IMG/VR virus record: IMGVR_UViG_3300029305_005547
Span: 1 to 64,000 of that record
DNA from: a virus
Taxonomy: Duplodnaviria > Caudoviricetes
Strand: one strand, 5' to 3'
Length of the DNA stretch: 64,000 bases
The position numbers and the translations under genes are program-made. The notes beneath the pieces were generated by a model. The model was not told the origin of the DNA, did no database searches, and was given only the letters and a program-made list of their open reading frames with translations. Shown one piece after another: positions 20,202 through 30,480 of this stretch (its first letter is position 1; each line of letters opens with the position of its first letter).

Positions 20202-21017
20202 TTAAACTTCCTCTAACATGCCGTTATCGGGGTTGTAAGCGGTTCTAACACCAGAATCCTGTTCCATAGTGAACTTAGGACAGAACTGCATAGAGTCCAT
20301 AAGAACCTGATACTTCTCAAGCAACTGCTTAGCAATTGCATTGATCTGAGGGCTGTCATACATAGTACAGCTGAATGTGATATCCATTTCAGCGATACTT
20401 GCTTCACCAGCTCTGTAGTTCAAATGGTCCATCTTGATTGTGGTAGGGAAACAGTTTGCAAACATGCAAGCAAATTCGATACCATTGGATTTACCAGTTC
20501 TATCAGTTACAACATAGAAGAATTCTGCAGTGTGATTAGACTGCTTTACTTCAAGGTCCACACCATGATAGGTTGCGAAACCAGACTGCAGATCCATTAC
20601 ACCAGAAACCCACCAATGAAGTACTTCACCCATAGGTCTACCAGAAAATTCGTAAGTAGATACGGTAAAGGAGTTGGTGTTATTCTTAGCGATTGTAGGG
20701 ATCTGGAATTCACGACCAACGTATCCACCAGTGATAGTTTCACTGTTTACGTCGATATCATTAATTCCGGAAATACCGGTATTTGCATACTCCAAAACAT
20801 GCTTAAATTTCTTAAGCTGCTCAGGAATACCATTCTGTTTATCAAGCATGAAGGTAGGCATTCTTGTCATAAACAATCTAGCTTTACCTCCGATGAAAGG
20901 ATCGTAAGACGCAAGAACGTCGTGTGTTACGTCCAATCCACCAAGAAACAACGCATACTTTGTAAGCTGCGCATCATCATGGGTCTTAATACCCTGCTGA
21001 ATAGTTACTGCTGCCAT
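20202..21017 (-). CDS. tail tube protein
   Basis: directly downstream of sheath; ANCFPTTI...MDITF tube-like pattern; high-expression codon usage. Confidence 0.75.
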   Translation of the reverse strand: MAAVTIQQGIKTHDDAQLTKYALFLGGLDVTHDVLASYDPFIGGKARLFMTRMPTFMLDKQNGIPEQLKKFKHVLEYANTGISGINDIDVNSETITGGYVGREFQIPTIAKNNTNSFTVSTYEFSGRPMGEVLHWWVSGVMDLQSGFATYHGVDLEVKQSNHTAEFFYVVTDRTGKSNGIEFACMFANCFPTTIKMDHLNYRAGEASIAEMDITFSCTMYDSPQINAIAKQLLEKYQVLMDSMQFCPKFTMEQDSGVRTAYNPDNGMLEEV

Positions 21018-21035
21018 TGGTCATACCCTCCTTTC

Positions 21036-23177
21036 TTAAGCCGCATAATCTCTTCTGTTTACGTCGATTTCAATAATAGCTCTCTTCATCAGAGTTCTAA
21101 ACTGAACTTCTACGTAGCAGTGAAGGATCTGTCTGTCGGACTCCCATTCATTCATATCGAATTTAATATCGAAAGAATGAACAAGGCTGCCAATGATATG
21201 TTCGTACTTAGCCGCTTCGATCTGTCTGAAGGTTGCACGCTCAGAAGCGTTAGCAAAGTTGTACAGATTGTCGAATACGTCCTTTTCAATATTTCTCTTA
21301 AGCCACAGAAGAACATGCATATTGCTCTCTTCAGTGAGATCAGAGTTGATAGTCTGAGCGGTATTCTGAATACCTCTCTGGAATACGTTTTCGCCAATGG
21401 CTTCAACGTAGTTAAGTCTCATATTTGCAAGAGTATCCATGAGATCAGCCTCATGAAGATCAACTGCCGGAACGATAGAGTTCTTAGCATGACCTACAAT
21501 TCTTGCATATGCCTTTGCGAAAGGAGTCTGAATACCGTTAGTCTTCCAATGCTTAGGTAATTCAGAAGCAATGAAGTGAGTAGCGGATACAACAACCTTT
21601 CTCTGAGTGAACGGATCAGAAACCTTCCAGTTATGACCGTTCAAAGAAATAATTCTGTTTGCAAAAATACCGCCATAAAGTTTAGCGATGTTCTTAAGAA
21701 CTGCATTAGAGAAGGTATCATATTCAATACCGGTATCAATGTAGCAAAGAGCATCTGCACGAGCGATAGCAAACTGAGCCAAGGAAATCTTTGTGTAGTA
21801 AGAATAGTTAGCATCAAGCAGATAATCTGCAGGAGTACGTCTTACAGACAAGATTGCCTTATCAAGAATACCACTGTATGCTTTTGCATACATATAGTCT
21901 TCTACGGTAGCTTCACCAAACTTAAGATGAGTAATACCTGCTGTTACAGCAGCATTGTAATCCTTAGTGGAAAGCTTTTCAAGAGCGCCGTTAATAGTAG
22001 TCTTCTTCTCAGTATCGATAAATGTACCGAAAGAACCATCGTGACCACCATTTAAGTAAACGCCGATATCGTTACCCATGCTTACACCATATTCATCATC
22101 CGGAATAGGATAAGAATCATTGTCAGGTGTAATAGCCTGGAAATACTCATACTTGGAAGAAGAATTGAGATTCAAACCAAATAAAAGGTCAAACTCATCA
22201 ATTTCAGGAACTTCCAATTCAACGCCTGTATCTTCTGCAAGACCGGTCAAGAATTCAACGTAAGCATCATAAACAGCTTCAACGCTTTCTTCATATACGC
22301 CGATATTTACAGGATACTCACCTGCGTCGTATTCAGAAATAATATCATCAACGAGCATAGACTCGTTATTAATAACGGAAGTAACAAGGCTACCAACATA
22401 TGTAGCAATCTTCTCAAGACCGTTTTCTGCAGACATAACTTCAAAGGTATAGATCTTTCTCTCATAATCCTTCTCATATTCTGCATTCTTTGTGATTCTC
22501 CACTTGTAGTTGTTTCCATAAACACCACGACCGGTGGAGTTAAATTTAATCAGAGGAAGACATGTCCAGCTATTACCTCCATCGGTAGCTTCAATATCTT
22601 CAACGCCAGCTTTAATCAAAGCGTCCATCTCTTTTACTGTGTGAACTGCACTAGTTCCATCAGTAAGTTTATTGGTTGCAGTATCCACGGTAGGAGCAAA
22701 ACTCTTACTACGGAACATAACCTGAAATACCTGCTTCTGAACATCCTTGGTCTGCTGAGTGATACCATCATCACCGTATACAGGATCACCGTTTTCATCA
22801 ACAACACCTTCAGAAACGGTAACGTTTGCTGTACGATAGTATACATAAACACCAGAGTTAGCATAAGTTGCATCATCCGGCATAACTCTCATACAATATA
22901 CAGATGTGTAACCAGATCCAAGAGAAGCATAGGGCATCATAAGCGCCTGACCATATTTCTTATAGTCAGTAGGACCGAATACATTTTTAAATGACTTCTG
23001 GTCTTTCATTTTTACGATTTTATTATCAATACCCTTACCAGATCTGAAGACATGAATCGTTTTGATTGTGTCATCAGTTTCTACAGCAGGAGTATCATAA
23101 ACCTCTGTATTGTCGTAGATAAATGTCTCGACATGAGGGTATTGTCCTTTAGGGACAATCTGGATTGCTGATGCCAT
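21036..23177 (-). CDS. contractile tail sheath protein
   Basis: 713 aa; FKNVFG, YCMRV, LNGGHDG, LLDANY, C-terminal VEVQF..IIEIDV; late promoter at ~23203-23216. Confidence 0.85.
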   Translation of the reverse strand: MASAIQIVPKGQYPHVETFIYDNTEVYDTPAVETDDTIKTIHVFRSGKGIDNKIVKMKDQKSFKNVFGPTDYKKYGQALMMPYASLGSGYTSVYCMRVMPDDATYANSGVYVYYRTANVTVSEGVVDENGDPVYGDDGITQQTKDVQKQVFQVMFRSKSFAPTVDTATNKLTDGTSAVHTVKEMDALIKAGVEDIEATDGGNSWTCLPLIKFNSTGRGVYGNNYKWRITKNAEYEKDYERKIYTFEVMSAENGLEKIATYVGSLVTSVINNESMLVDDIISEYDAGEYPVNIGVYEESVEAVYDAYVEFLTGLAEDTGVELEVPEIDEFDLLFGLNLNSSSKYEYFQAITPDNDSYPIPDDEYGVSMGNDIGVYLNGGHDGSFGTFIDTEKKTTINGALEKLSTKDYNAAVTAGITHLKFGEATVEDYMYAKAYSGILDKAILSVRRTPADYLLDANYSYYTKISLAQFAIARADALCYIDTGIEYDTFSNAVLKNIAKLYGGIFANRIISLNGHNWKVSDPFTQRKVVVSATHFIASELPKHWKTNGIQTPFAKAYARIVGHAKNSIVPAVDLHEADLMDTLANMRLNYVEAIGENVFQRGIQNTAQTINSDLTEESNMHVLLWLKRNIEKDVFDNLYNFANASERATFRQIEAAKYEHIIGSLVHSFDIKFDMNEWESDRQILHCYVEVQFRTLMKRAIIEIDVNRRDYAA

Positions 23178-23246
23178 AAAATATAGCCCTCCTTCTAAAA
23201 TTTTTATATATTTGTTTTGGTTAATTACGGGTCTTTCAACAACAAT

Positions 23247-23972
23247 TTACATCTTAATGATTTCTTCAATAGGTGAAAATTGTTCTGTTCCCTTATTTCG
23301 TGATCGGTTAATAGACGTTGTTAACATACTATCCATATCCTCGAATGTAAGTGATGAGAACGTAGATGCGTACTGACATATTTGCCTAGTTCCGACTGTT
23401 ACGTAAGCATATGGAGAGACATTAATATCTCCACCATAAATTTTAGCAAATGGTTCCGAAAGATTAGATGGGTTTCTATAATTAAGTGCTATAACCATTT
23501 CTTCAACTTCAGGTCTAACACCAAAATTAACTTTATTAACCATCTTATTTTTTTGGCAGAGTGAAGCTGCCATGTCATATGGTACACTGGAAGGAACCTT
23601 TCCATTCATTACCATGTCTAAATACTGTAATGATGACTGTGCATCCTGAATGATTTTTGAATTCATTAATTTCATATTCTTATTATATTTAAGAACCTTA
23701 CATGGTGTTTCTCCACCAGGTAAGTTGACATTTCTGTTTTCTGAATCATATACATACACAGTTATCTGATACGGTTGTTTCATAACTCTATAATTCTTGA
23801 GTTTTCCATTTTCGAAAATTCCTACATAAAATAACCCCAAAGTTTCAATATATGAAGAATAATCGATTGCATATCTTTTACTTTGGTCGAAAAATTCAAG
23901 TGGAATATAAAATTCCATATAGTCGGTATCTAGGTAGACATAATTGCTATCTTTACGAAAATAACCAGCCAT
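23247..23972 (-). CDS. probable RNAP beta' C-terminal fragment (separate subunit)
   Basis: AAAGGAGG RBS before ATG 23972; GV..EMVIA..., STFSSLTFEDMDSMLTTSI similar to SF.SAASFQETTRVLTEAA, SPIEEII; late promoter. Confidence 0.6.
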   Translation of the reverse strand: MAGYFRKDSNYVYLDTDYMEFYIPLEFFDQSKRYAIDYSSYIETLGLFYVGIFENGKLKNYRVMKQPYQITVYVYDSENRNVNLPGGETPCKVLKYNKNMKLMNSKIIQDAQSSLQYLDMVMNGKVPSSVPYDMAASLCQKNKMVNKVNFGVRPEVEEMVIALNYRNPSNLSEPFAKIYGGDINVSPYAYVTVGTRQICQYASTFSSLTFEDMDSMLTTSINRSRNKGTEQFSPIEEIIKM

Positions 23973-24042
23973 GAGTCCCTCCTTTCCACCAAAAGTATCC
24001 GAGCTTAGTAAACTGTTTTTCAAGTTAAAAATCGGATAAATT

Positions 24043-24359
24043 GACCGGAGTGAGCATTGTAAACTCACTCCGGTCTCAGGTTATTTTTGCCGTCTTAGGT
24101 ACTACTTTATCACTGTGTATTGATGCTGTTGGATCCATTCCTAACCGCTAAACACCGTGAGTAGTGTTTCCTCCTATTCGGCTTATTTTGCTCGGCATCT
24201 TCCGAGCCCTTGTAATGCATAGGTACAGACACATCCATCAATGGCGGCACAAGCGCGGCCAAATCCCACATACCCCGACCAGAACTAAATCTGACGGGTC
24301 TCATCCATCCAAGGCAGCGCAATTATCCGGTTGCCGCAAAGGTCCATACCCTTTGCATT
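24043..24359 (-). ncRNA. candidate structured ncRNA (~315 nt)
   Basis: GC-rich intergenic island; AACA-N6-TAA promoter at 24358-24370; multiple stems; terminal hairpin 24043-24075. Confidence 0.6.
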
Positions 24360-24455
24360 ACTTATTTGTTATAGTTTGTATAAAAAAATATTTTTTAATT
24401 GTAATTAATGAAGTTTTAACATATATTATTTTAATGGATTGGAGGAAAATATAAT

Positions 24456-24962
24456 ATGATATATCCAGATATGTTAACATCTGTAAAATATACAGAGCGT
24501 TGTAAAAAAGATTTAAGAGAAAAACCATGTGAAAATGACGATGGTTACATAATTTATATTAAGTCAATGATTAATCATGGAAAAACTGTAGATACTTTAG
24601 CGAGTAATGATAAATTTCATTTAATGCAATTTACAGATGCTCATACATTTTTAATTACAAATAATTTACGATTAAAATTTACTGAAGAAGAAGAGAGCTA
24701 TATTCAAGCTGCAATTCAGCGTTCTTTAAATATGGTAAAAGCATTCAATATTTTAAATCATCCATCAGATGGACCTATGTATTTTGAAGAATTAAAAGAA
24801 GTTCAACAACAAGTTGTTTATAGAATTCAAAAAGTAATCGAAAACCCTTATGAGCATATACCTTTAGAGGTTCAAAAATCTATTTCAGACGAAAGTTTAT
24901 TTACTACAGAAGATGTGCATGATTTTAATTATTTTGTAACTACAGGTGATAAAGAATTATGA
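24456..24962 (+). CDS. hypothetical protein
   Basis: early motif 24422, GGAGG RBS. Confidence 0.75.
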   Translation: MIYPDMLTSVKYTERCKKDLREKPCENDDGYIIYIKSMINHGKTVDTLASNDKFHLMQFTDAHTFLITNNLRLKFTEEEESYIQAAIQRSLNMVKAFNILNHPSDGPMYFEELKEVQQQVVYRIQKVIENPYEHIPLEVQKSISDESLFTTEDVHDFNYFVTTGDKEL

Positions 24963-25609
24963 GACGTAGAGAATCAAGATATAAATTAGATATAATAACA
25001 AATGCAGAAATGGCTAGATGTCGACTATTTACTGAAATCCAACGACCTATACACCCAGGTGGTGGAAGATGTGAAGGTCATGAAACGTATTATGAACGAA
25101 TGGATAGTATAACTAATAAAACATACAAACCATTTTGTATAGTTGACTATATGAATCATGATGTAAAAATAAATGAAAACTTTGCTAAGTTATATAAGGA
25201 ATGTGTTAAAAATATATTTCCAGTAATTGAAGCTGAATACCGTTTACTTTTATATATTTCGTTAATTAAAGCAAGTATGGAAACTTCTAGTCGTAATGAA
25301 GACGTTACTGAATATATTGGTAAATACTATGCTTATAACTGTGAAGAATTCATGGATGTTTTATTTAAAGACGATTATAAAATAGATATCAATATGTTTG
25401 ATAGTCACCATCTTGATTGGTGTTGTAATGTATATCTTAAAAACGGTATTAAATCTGTAATGGTCAAAGACATGATCCAAGATCAGTTGACTGATGAAAC
25501 AGATTATATTGATCTTGAAGTTAAATTTAAAATTGAAGCATACCATACAGAGATGTCCAAACAATCAGCAGATTCAATTAGATCTACATTTAATTTCGAT
25601 TTTAAATAA
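24959..25609 (+). CDS. hypothetical protein
   Basis: ATGA overlap with previous ORF. Confidence 0.7.
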   Translation: MRRRESRYKLDIITNAEMARCRLFTEIQRPIHPGGGRCEGHETYYERMDSITNKTYKPFCIVDYMNHDVKINENFAKLYKECVKNIFPVIEAEYRLLLYISLIKASMETSSRNEDVTEYIGKYYAYNCEEFMDVLFKDDYKIDINMFDSHHLDWCCNVYLKNGIKSVMVKDMIQDQLTDETDYIDLEVKFKIEAYHTEMSKQSADSIRSTFNFDFK

Positions 25610-25659
25610 TATTTTTAAAGATATATTATTTTATTAGAATAATTTGGAGGTGACGCAAA

Positions 25660-26673
25660 ATGTTTAAACGTAAAAAAGAAGAATTGCTTAAAACAAAAAC
25701 GATTAAGTTCGTTGCAAATATCATACGTAATACACGAGAGCGTATGATTCGTAGACATGAAATGATAAAGGACTCATTAGAATTATCTATCGAATGTAGA
25801 AGATGTATCGTTGCATTTCATGACGATATTAGATTAGCAGTTCGTGTACTTAATGGTTTACCAATTCTCGATGATAGCTTTGTTGAGACTGGTGTACTAC
25901 CTGATGATCCTCTTAACTTATATGCTTATAAAAGTATCTTATGGAGAGGAAGCATGAAATCAGAACCTGTAGATAGTAATATCTATAAAGGAAGATTTAT
26001 TATGCAAATGCTTATGAGTATAGACCAATCTTTCGATGAAATGATTTGGAAAGAGGTTGAATACCGGGGTAAAAAGAAGGATGAAAAAGAATGTGTTGGT
26101 TTAATTTATCAAGTACGTGATTGCCTTGGTAATTTTATTGATATGATTGCGGATAATAATCCGGATTATCGAGATGAATTACTTAAGGTTAATGAACTCA
26201 TTGTATTTTCAGATAATGAATATTTCAAACGATCAAAGAAAACTCTTGGAGTTGTGAGTAGAGAACTCAATAGATTAGATGAAATGCTTCATCCTGGATT
26301 TTTAGATAGTGGAAAACCCAGCGATGATATTGTGATTCAGAATGTATGCTTAATTGCATATGTACTTGCTACAGGAAGTAGTAATGTTAAGAATACATTT
26401 ATGGTTCCGGAAGAAATTGATATTCGAAATGAAGATGATGTTAAGGTAATGATCGAAGTTTTGGGTAATTGTATTTTATCCAGAAGAGTTTCAACAAGGC
26501 CTTATCCGGAAATTTATAAATGGTTCCTTCATTCTCTTCCTAAGATCAAGTATAAATTCAAAGATATTAATTACAATAAATCATTAGCTGAAGGATGTAG
26601 AGCATTGAGTTTCGTAAGCTTCTATAGCGGAAGTAAAGAGATTAAGAAATTGATAAAGAAAATGATTTATTAA
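25660..26673 (+). CDS. hypothetical protein
   Basis: early motif 25622, GGAGGTG RBS. Confidence 0.75.
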   Translation: MFKRKKEELLKTKTIKFVANIIRNTRERMIRRHEMIKDSLELSIECRRCIVAFHDDIRLAVRVLNGLPILDDSFVETGVLPDDPLNLYAYKSILWRGSMKSEPVDSNIYKGRFIMQMLMSIDQSFDEMIWKEVEYRGKKKDEKECVGLIYQVRDCLGNFIDMIADNNPDYRDELLKVNELIVFSDNEYFKRSKKTLGVVSRELNRLDEMLHPGFLDSGKPSDDIVIQNVCLIAYVLATGSSNVKNTFMVPEEIDIRNEDDVKVMIEVLGNCILSRRVSTRPYPEIYKWFLHSLPKIKYKFKDINYNKSLAEGCRALSFVSFYSGSKEIKKLIKKMIY

Positions 26674-26781
26674 TAGAAAGGAAAGGAGCTAATAACTCCT
26701 TTCTTTTTTATTATTTTATTTACATAATTAGTAACGAAAAAGATCGTTAACTAAAAACTATAGTTTAGGAGGACTACACCA

Positions 26782-27153
26782 ATGAGTGAAGTAAACGAAA
26801 ATGTAAATGTACCTGAAACTAAGACCGTTGTTGTTTATGATGCCCAGGATATCGAACAGGTTTTGTCTATTCTTGACAATGATACTCCGGTTCGTGGTAT
26901 TGAAACTATGAGACAGGTCGTAAATGTATTTGATGTATTGAAGACAAAGGGTTTTGTGCAACAGGCTCAGACAGAGTTTGATCCTGGAATGCAGCCTATG
27001 GAAATGACCCCGGCTGAAATGGTTGATCCTAACGCTCCTACATTTGTTGGTGAAGGCGATGTTATGTATGATGGTAATGATACTGATATTGCTGAAGAAG
27101 TTGAAGAAGCCGCAGAAGTCGAACATGTTGATGGTGAAATTGTAGAAGAGTAA
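26782..27153 (+). CDS. acidic hypothetical protein
   Basis: AGGAGG RBS. Confidence 0.75.
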   Translation: MSEVNENVNVPETKTVVVYDAQDIEQVLSILDNDTPVRGIETMRQVVNVFDVLKTKGFVQQAQTEFDPGMQPMEMTPAEMVDPNAPTFVGEGDVMYDGNDTDIAEEVEEAAEVEHVDGEIVEE

Positions 27154-27184
27154 TGAGCAGCCGGTATTTTTAGTTAAATAAATT

Positions 27185-27213
27185 ATCCCTAGATGGTTAT
27201 ACCATCTAGGGAT
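27185..27213. terminator. bidirectional terminator at 3' end of fibre cassette 2
   Basis: ATCCCTAGATGGT/ACCATCTAGGGAT. Confidence 0.8.
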
Positions 27214-27217
27214 GTTT

Positions 27218-27853
27218 TTATTGATATATAACAAGACCTAATCTTACATTTCCATTTATAGGTGTTATATTTTCATGATCTGAAGTATCTACTATTAAAC
27301 GTTTCATTGCTATAATTCTAATGTATGTTGTAGAAGAATCATACATATATGATGCAAATCCTTGCTCACTTTCAACTACAACTAACACTACTGACGGTCT
27401 TGTTGAAACTCCAACATCACTAAATTGAATAACTATCTCACCTCTAGTACATGTTACTACTTTGGAACCTACATAAACAGGTGTTGTTGGTTTACCTGTT
27501 AAAGCCGCATAAACATGTGTGTGAGATGATGATGCATATCCAGTATGAGTATGATTTGATGTTGCATAACCACTATGGGTATGGGATGCAGAGGCGCAAT
27601 AAGTAGAATAATTATTCGCATCCAGAATAGTTCTCCAGTTTTGCCACGATCCAGATGCTTTTGTTCTATGCGATATCTGAGAATCTAAACCACATTTGAT
27701 TTGTGACATGAAATTGTTATCCCATGTAATATGAATCATATTTGTTGTTTGGTCGCCAGTTGAATTATATGTTGTAGAATAAAATCCATTATTAGATAAA
27801 GAATCAATTGTTGAGTATACTACATTCGTTTTAGTAATTACCTTACTATTTAG
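27218..27853 (-). other. silent tail-fibre tip cassette 2 (knob-like domain, HxH repeats, C-terminal beta domain); frame opens at LNSK inside the repeat
   Basis: frame extends 38 codons upstream of the listed ATG to a TAG in the repeat; NGFY...HRTKASGSWQNW; SHTH/NHTH repeats; no RBS. Confidence 0.8.
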
Positions 27854-27923
27854 CTAAATAAAGAATCTGTAAGTCCCGAGAAATATCGAGACTTACAGAA
27901 ATTTTACTTAACTAAATTCCGTC
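27843..27923 (-). repeat. 81-bp hairpin element, copy 2
   Basis: three substitutions relative to copy 1. Confidence 0.95.
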
Positions 27924-28026
27924 ATGTCATTCGATCACCATAATATACCCTGTAAAACCCGTTTTTCTTATATTTTCAGTGATATATTATTATATTGAAT
28001 AAATATAAGAAAGAGAGGTTATTCTA

Positions 28027-28140
28027 ATGAGAAAATTTGATGAATTCCATTCAAAGATCATTAATTTAAATCATTCTGAATTTAAATTTAAAGTAGAATC
28101 AACTGAAATTCCAGATTATACAAAACTACCTGATAAATAA
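28027..28140 (+). CDS. 37-aa peptide (not in ORF track)
   Basis: early motif 27983 and GAGAGG RBS; MRKFDEFHSK... Confidence 0.5.
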   Translation: MRKFDEFHSKIINLNHSEFKFKVESTEIPDYTKLPDK

Positions 28141-28160
28141 ACGAAAGAGAGGATTTACAA

Positions 28161-28643
28161 ATGACAATTTTTAATTTAGATAATAACTTAGGAACATGCT
28201 TACACTTAATAGAAAAAACTGATAATTTTGCTATTTGCATTGCTGTTATGGAAGATGATTTAATTCCTACAGTAGAGAAACTTGGAACTGATGTAAATGA
28301 TAAGTTTAAGAAAATATTACTATGTAAGTTGATTGAACTGATAAAGGATAGCGCTCCAATTATTGTAATAAATAAATTTACTGAAAATATAATTCAGGCA
28401 TTATTATTTGTCGATGACAAATCTGGTGTAGTAATACTAACGACGACAAATTGTCTTGTAAGAATTCTTTCGGTATTTAATTATTTTTACGAGTATGGGG
28501 TTGTTGATCATAAGATTTTATATTTAAATTACGAAGATTATGTATTTCAAACAAATTTCACACGTTTAGTTGATGTTTTATTGACTAATGCGACGAATGA
28601 TGAAAGATTAATGTTTGCATCTATTCTTAACAGACCTCATTAA
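28161..28643 (+). CDS. hypothetical protein
   Basis: GAGAGG RBS. Confidence 0.7.
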   Translation: MTIFNLDNNLGTCLHLIEKTDNFAICIAVMEDDLIPTVEKLGTDVNDKFKKILLCKLIELIKDSAPIIVINKFTENIIQALLFVDDKSGVVILTTTNCLVRILSVFNYFYEYGVVDHKILYLNYEDYVFQTNFTRLVDVLLTNATNDERLMFASILNRPH

Positions 28644-28724
28644 TTTGAGGTCTTTCTTTTTTTCCTAAAAATAACCTCAAAAAACAATCTATTTAATATT
28701 AAATAGAAAGGCGGATTTGATAGA

Positions 28725-29687
28725 ATGCAAACTTCATTATTTACAGAAGCATCTATGTCCGATTCCTTTATCTATGGTTTATTCAATGCGTCTGGAGAAA
28801 TTCAGGCACGCACTGTTAAAGCACTGAAAGAAGGAAAGGTTTTAGATAAAAGCTTTATCGAAGAACAAATCATTCAGATAGAAAGAACCCGTATTTCTCC
28901 TTTAGTACCTAAAGTCATGCAGGCTTTCGAAGACGGTGTTATCCGTTTAGTATATTGGACATCTACTACTCAGAAGATGACAAAGTCTGTACCATTTGTA
29001 ATTCATAAAAGTCCAAGTGGTCCAGTTGTAAGTATTTTTGTTTCTTCATTTGGTAAGTTAGATGCAGATAATCTTCGTTTAGATATGCCTATGAAGAATC
29101 TGTATATCCTTATGGAATCAGCTTTCTTGGCATATCATTTTCATGTGAGAAGTCAGGTACTTACAAGAAATACGACACTTATGAAAATTACAAATGAAGT
29201 ATACACCAATATGTTTATGAGAGTATTAAATAGAGATTATGCTCTCTCTTTGGATGTATCACTTCATGATAAGATCTCTTTTGTAATTTCAAAGTTTTTC
29301 CTTACAAATATTTGGGAAGCTAATAATAGAGATTTAATTAATAACTGTGCCCTCCAAACAACTACTGAAAAGAAAGCGGAACTTATGCAGCTTATTTCAG
29401 ATGAGTATGATGCTAAAGATCCTAAAAACATTGAGGAGTTGTTTGCATTTCTTAAAGAGATTTCACCTAGAATGAATAATCTTACAGTAAGATATTTCGT
29501 CGAAAGATACTTAAATACTTATGGAGGTTCATCTGTACTTTGTATTGATTATCTTCCTTATGTTATTTTTGCTATCGACAACACAATCGTTGGTGGTTTC
29601 TTACTCAGTCAGAATACACTTTCTGATATCGTAAAGAATACGAGAGAAATTAGAAAGTTTTGGCCTGAGATTGCTAAACTTGTATAG
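28725..29687 (+). CDS. probable virion protein
   Basis: late-like motif at ~28682; N-terminal LFTEAS possible processing site. Confidence 0.55.
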   Translation: MQTSLFTEASMSDSFIYGLFNASGEIQARTVKALKEGKVLDKSFIEEQIIQIERTRISPLVPKVMQAFEDGVIRLVYWTSTTQKMTKSVPFVIHKSPSGPVVSIFVSSFGKLDADNLRLDMPMKNLYILMESAFLAYHFHVRSQVLTRNTTLMKITNEVYTNMFMRVLNRDYALSLDVSLHDKISFVISKFFLTNIWEANNRDLINNCALQTTTEKKAELMQLISDEYDAKDPKNIEELFAFLKEISPRMNNLTVRYFVERYLNTYGGSSVLCIDYLPYVIFAIDNTIVGGFLLSQNTLSDIVKNTREIRKFWPEIAKLV

Positions 29688-29701
29688 GGAGGGTAAAAGA
29701 T

Positions 29702-30367
29702 ATGAAAAATTTAAAAATGGTTTTCTTTATGAACCGTGACAAACATACAGAAAGTATGAAGCCTATGATTATCTCCACTCTTGCAAGAGCAATATTTTTC
29801 CCTGATGGAAAAACACTTTTGGAGAAATGGGAGAGTGATATTAAATCATCTATTGCCATAGTTCATAGTGAAGAAATAACAAAAAATGATGATGGATCAT
29901 CTTTTAAATGGTCATGTACAACTTTTGGTGATAAGAAATATCAAGTGTCTGCTCACTTTAGACCTAGTATTGCAAATAATCCTACAGTAATTTCTAGTGA
30001 CGAATCAAGCATTCAGAAAAGTATTACTATTACAAAGAAGGATGCTAGCGGTACTATTACAGAAGAAGTTATTCCTTACGGATCTTCTGCTGGTGGTGTT
30101 AAGCAGTATAGATATGCATTTCCATTACCAACTGAATTCGCTAAAGGAAGAACTGTTAATTTTAACAATGCTTCTATTACTATATCAGAAGGTCATGAAT
30201 CTGATTTTATCAAGTTCCATACATTCCACAACTGTTTCTGTGAATATTCAAATGGTAATTTGTTTGTTTATGTTGATCACTTTAACGGAATGGATGCTGT
30301 TGATATGACAGGTTTACCTTATGTAACTGAAGATTTCAATATCATGATTGATGGTTTATTTATTTAA
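29702..30367 (+). CDS. possible tail/fibre-associated protein
   Basis: STLARAIFFPDGKTL resembles fibre shaft T.A.AV..DG.TL motif; late operon. Confidence 0.4.
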   Translation: MKNLKMVFFMNRDKHTESMKPMIISTLARAIFFPDGKTLLEKWESDIKSSIAIVHSEEITKNDDGSSFKWSCTTFGDKKYQVSAHFRPSIANNPTVISSDESSIQKSITITKKDASGTITEEVIPYGSSAGGVKQYRYAFPLPTEFAKGRTVNFNNASITISEGHESDFIKFHTFHNCFCEYSNGNLFVYVDHFNGMDAVDMTGLPYVTEDFNIMIDGLFI

Positions 30368-30374
30368 AATAATT

Positions 30375-30402
30375 TGAGAGTATAGGATTTCCTATACTCT
30401 CA
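30375..30402 (+). terminator. intrinsic terminator
   Basis: 13-bp stem followed by T-run. Confidence 0.8.
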
Positions 30403-30480
30403 TTTTTTGTTGTAAAAATCTCTCATTTTATAAGTATATTATTTATTTAGAATAAACTAATGAAAGAGAGGTACTTTGTT

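Noticed and set aside
20424-21560. 378-aa plus-strand ORF (and 21576-22055, 22641-22994)
   Set aside because: Antisense shadows of the codon-biased tube and sheath genes; no RBS or recognisable motifs.
24110-24454. 70-aa and 96-aa ORFs in the GC-rich island; also tmRNA, RNase P or tRNA identity
   Set aside because: No RBS and atypical composition; no tRNA-like ends, tag peptide or RNase P P4 consensus recognised.
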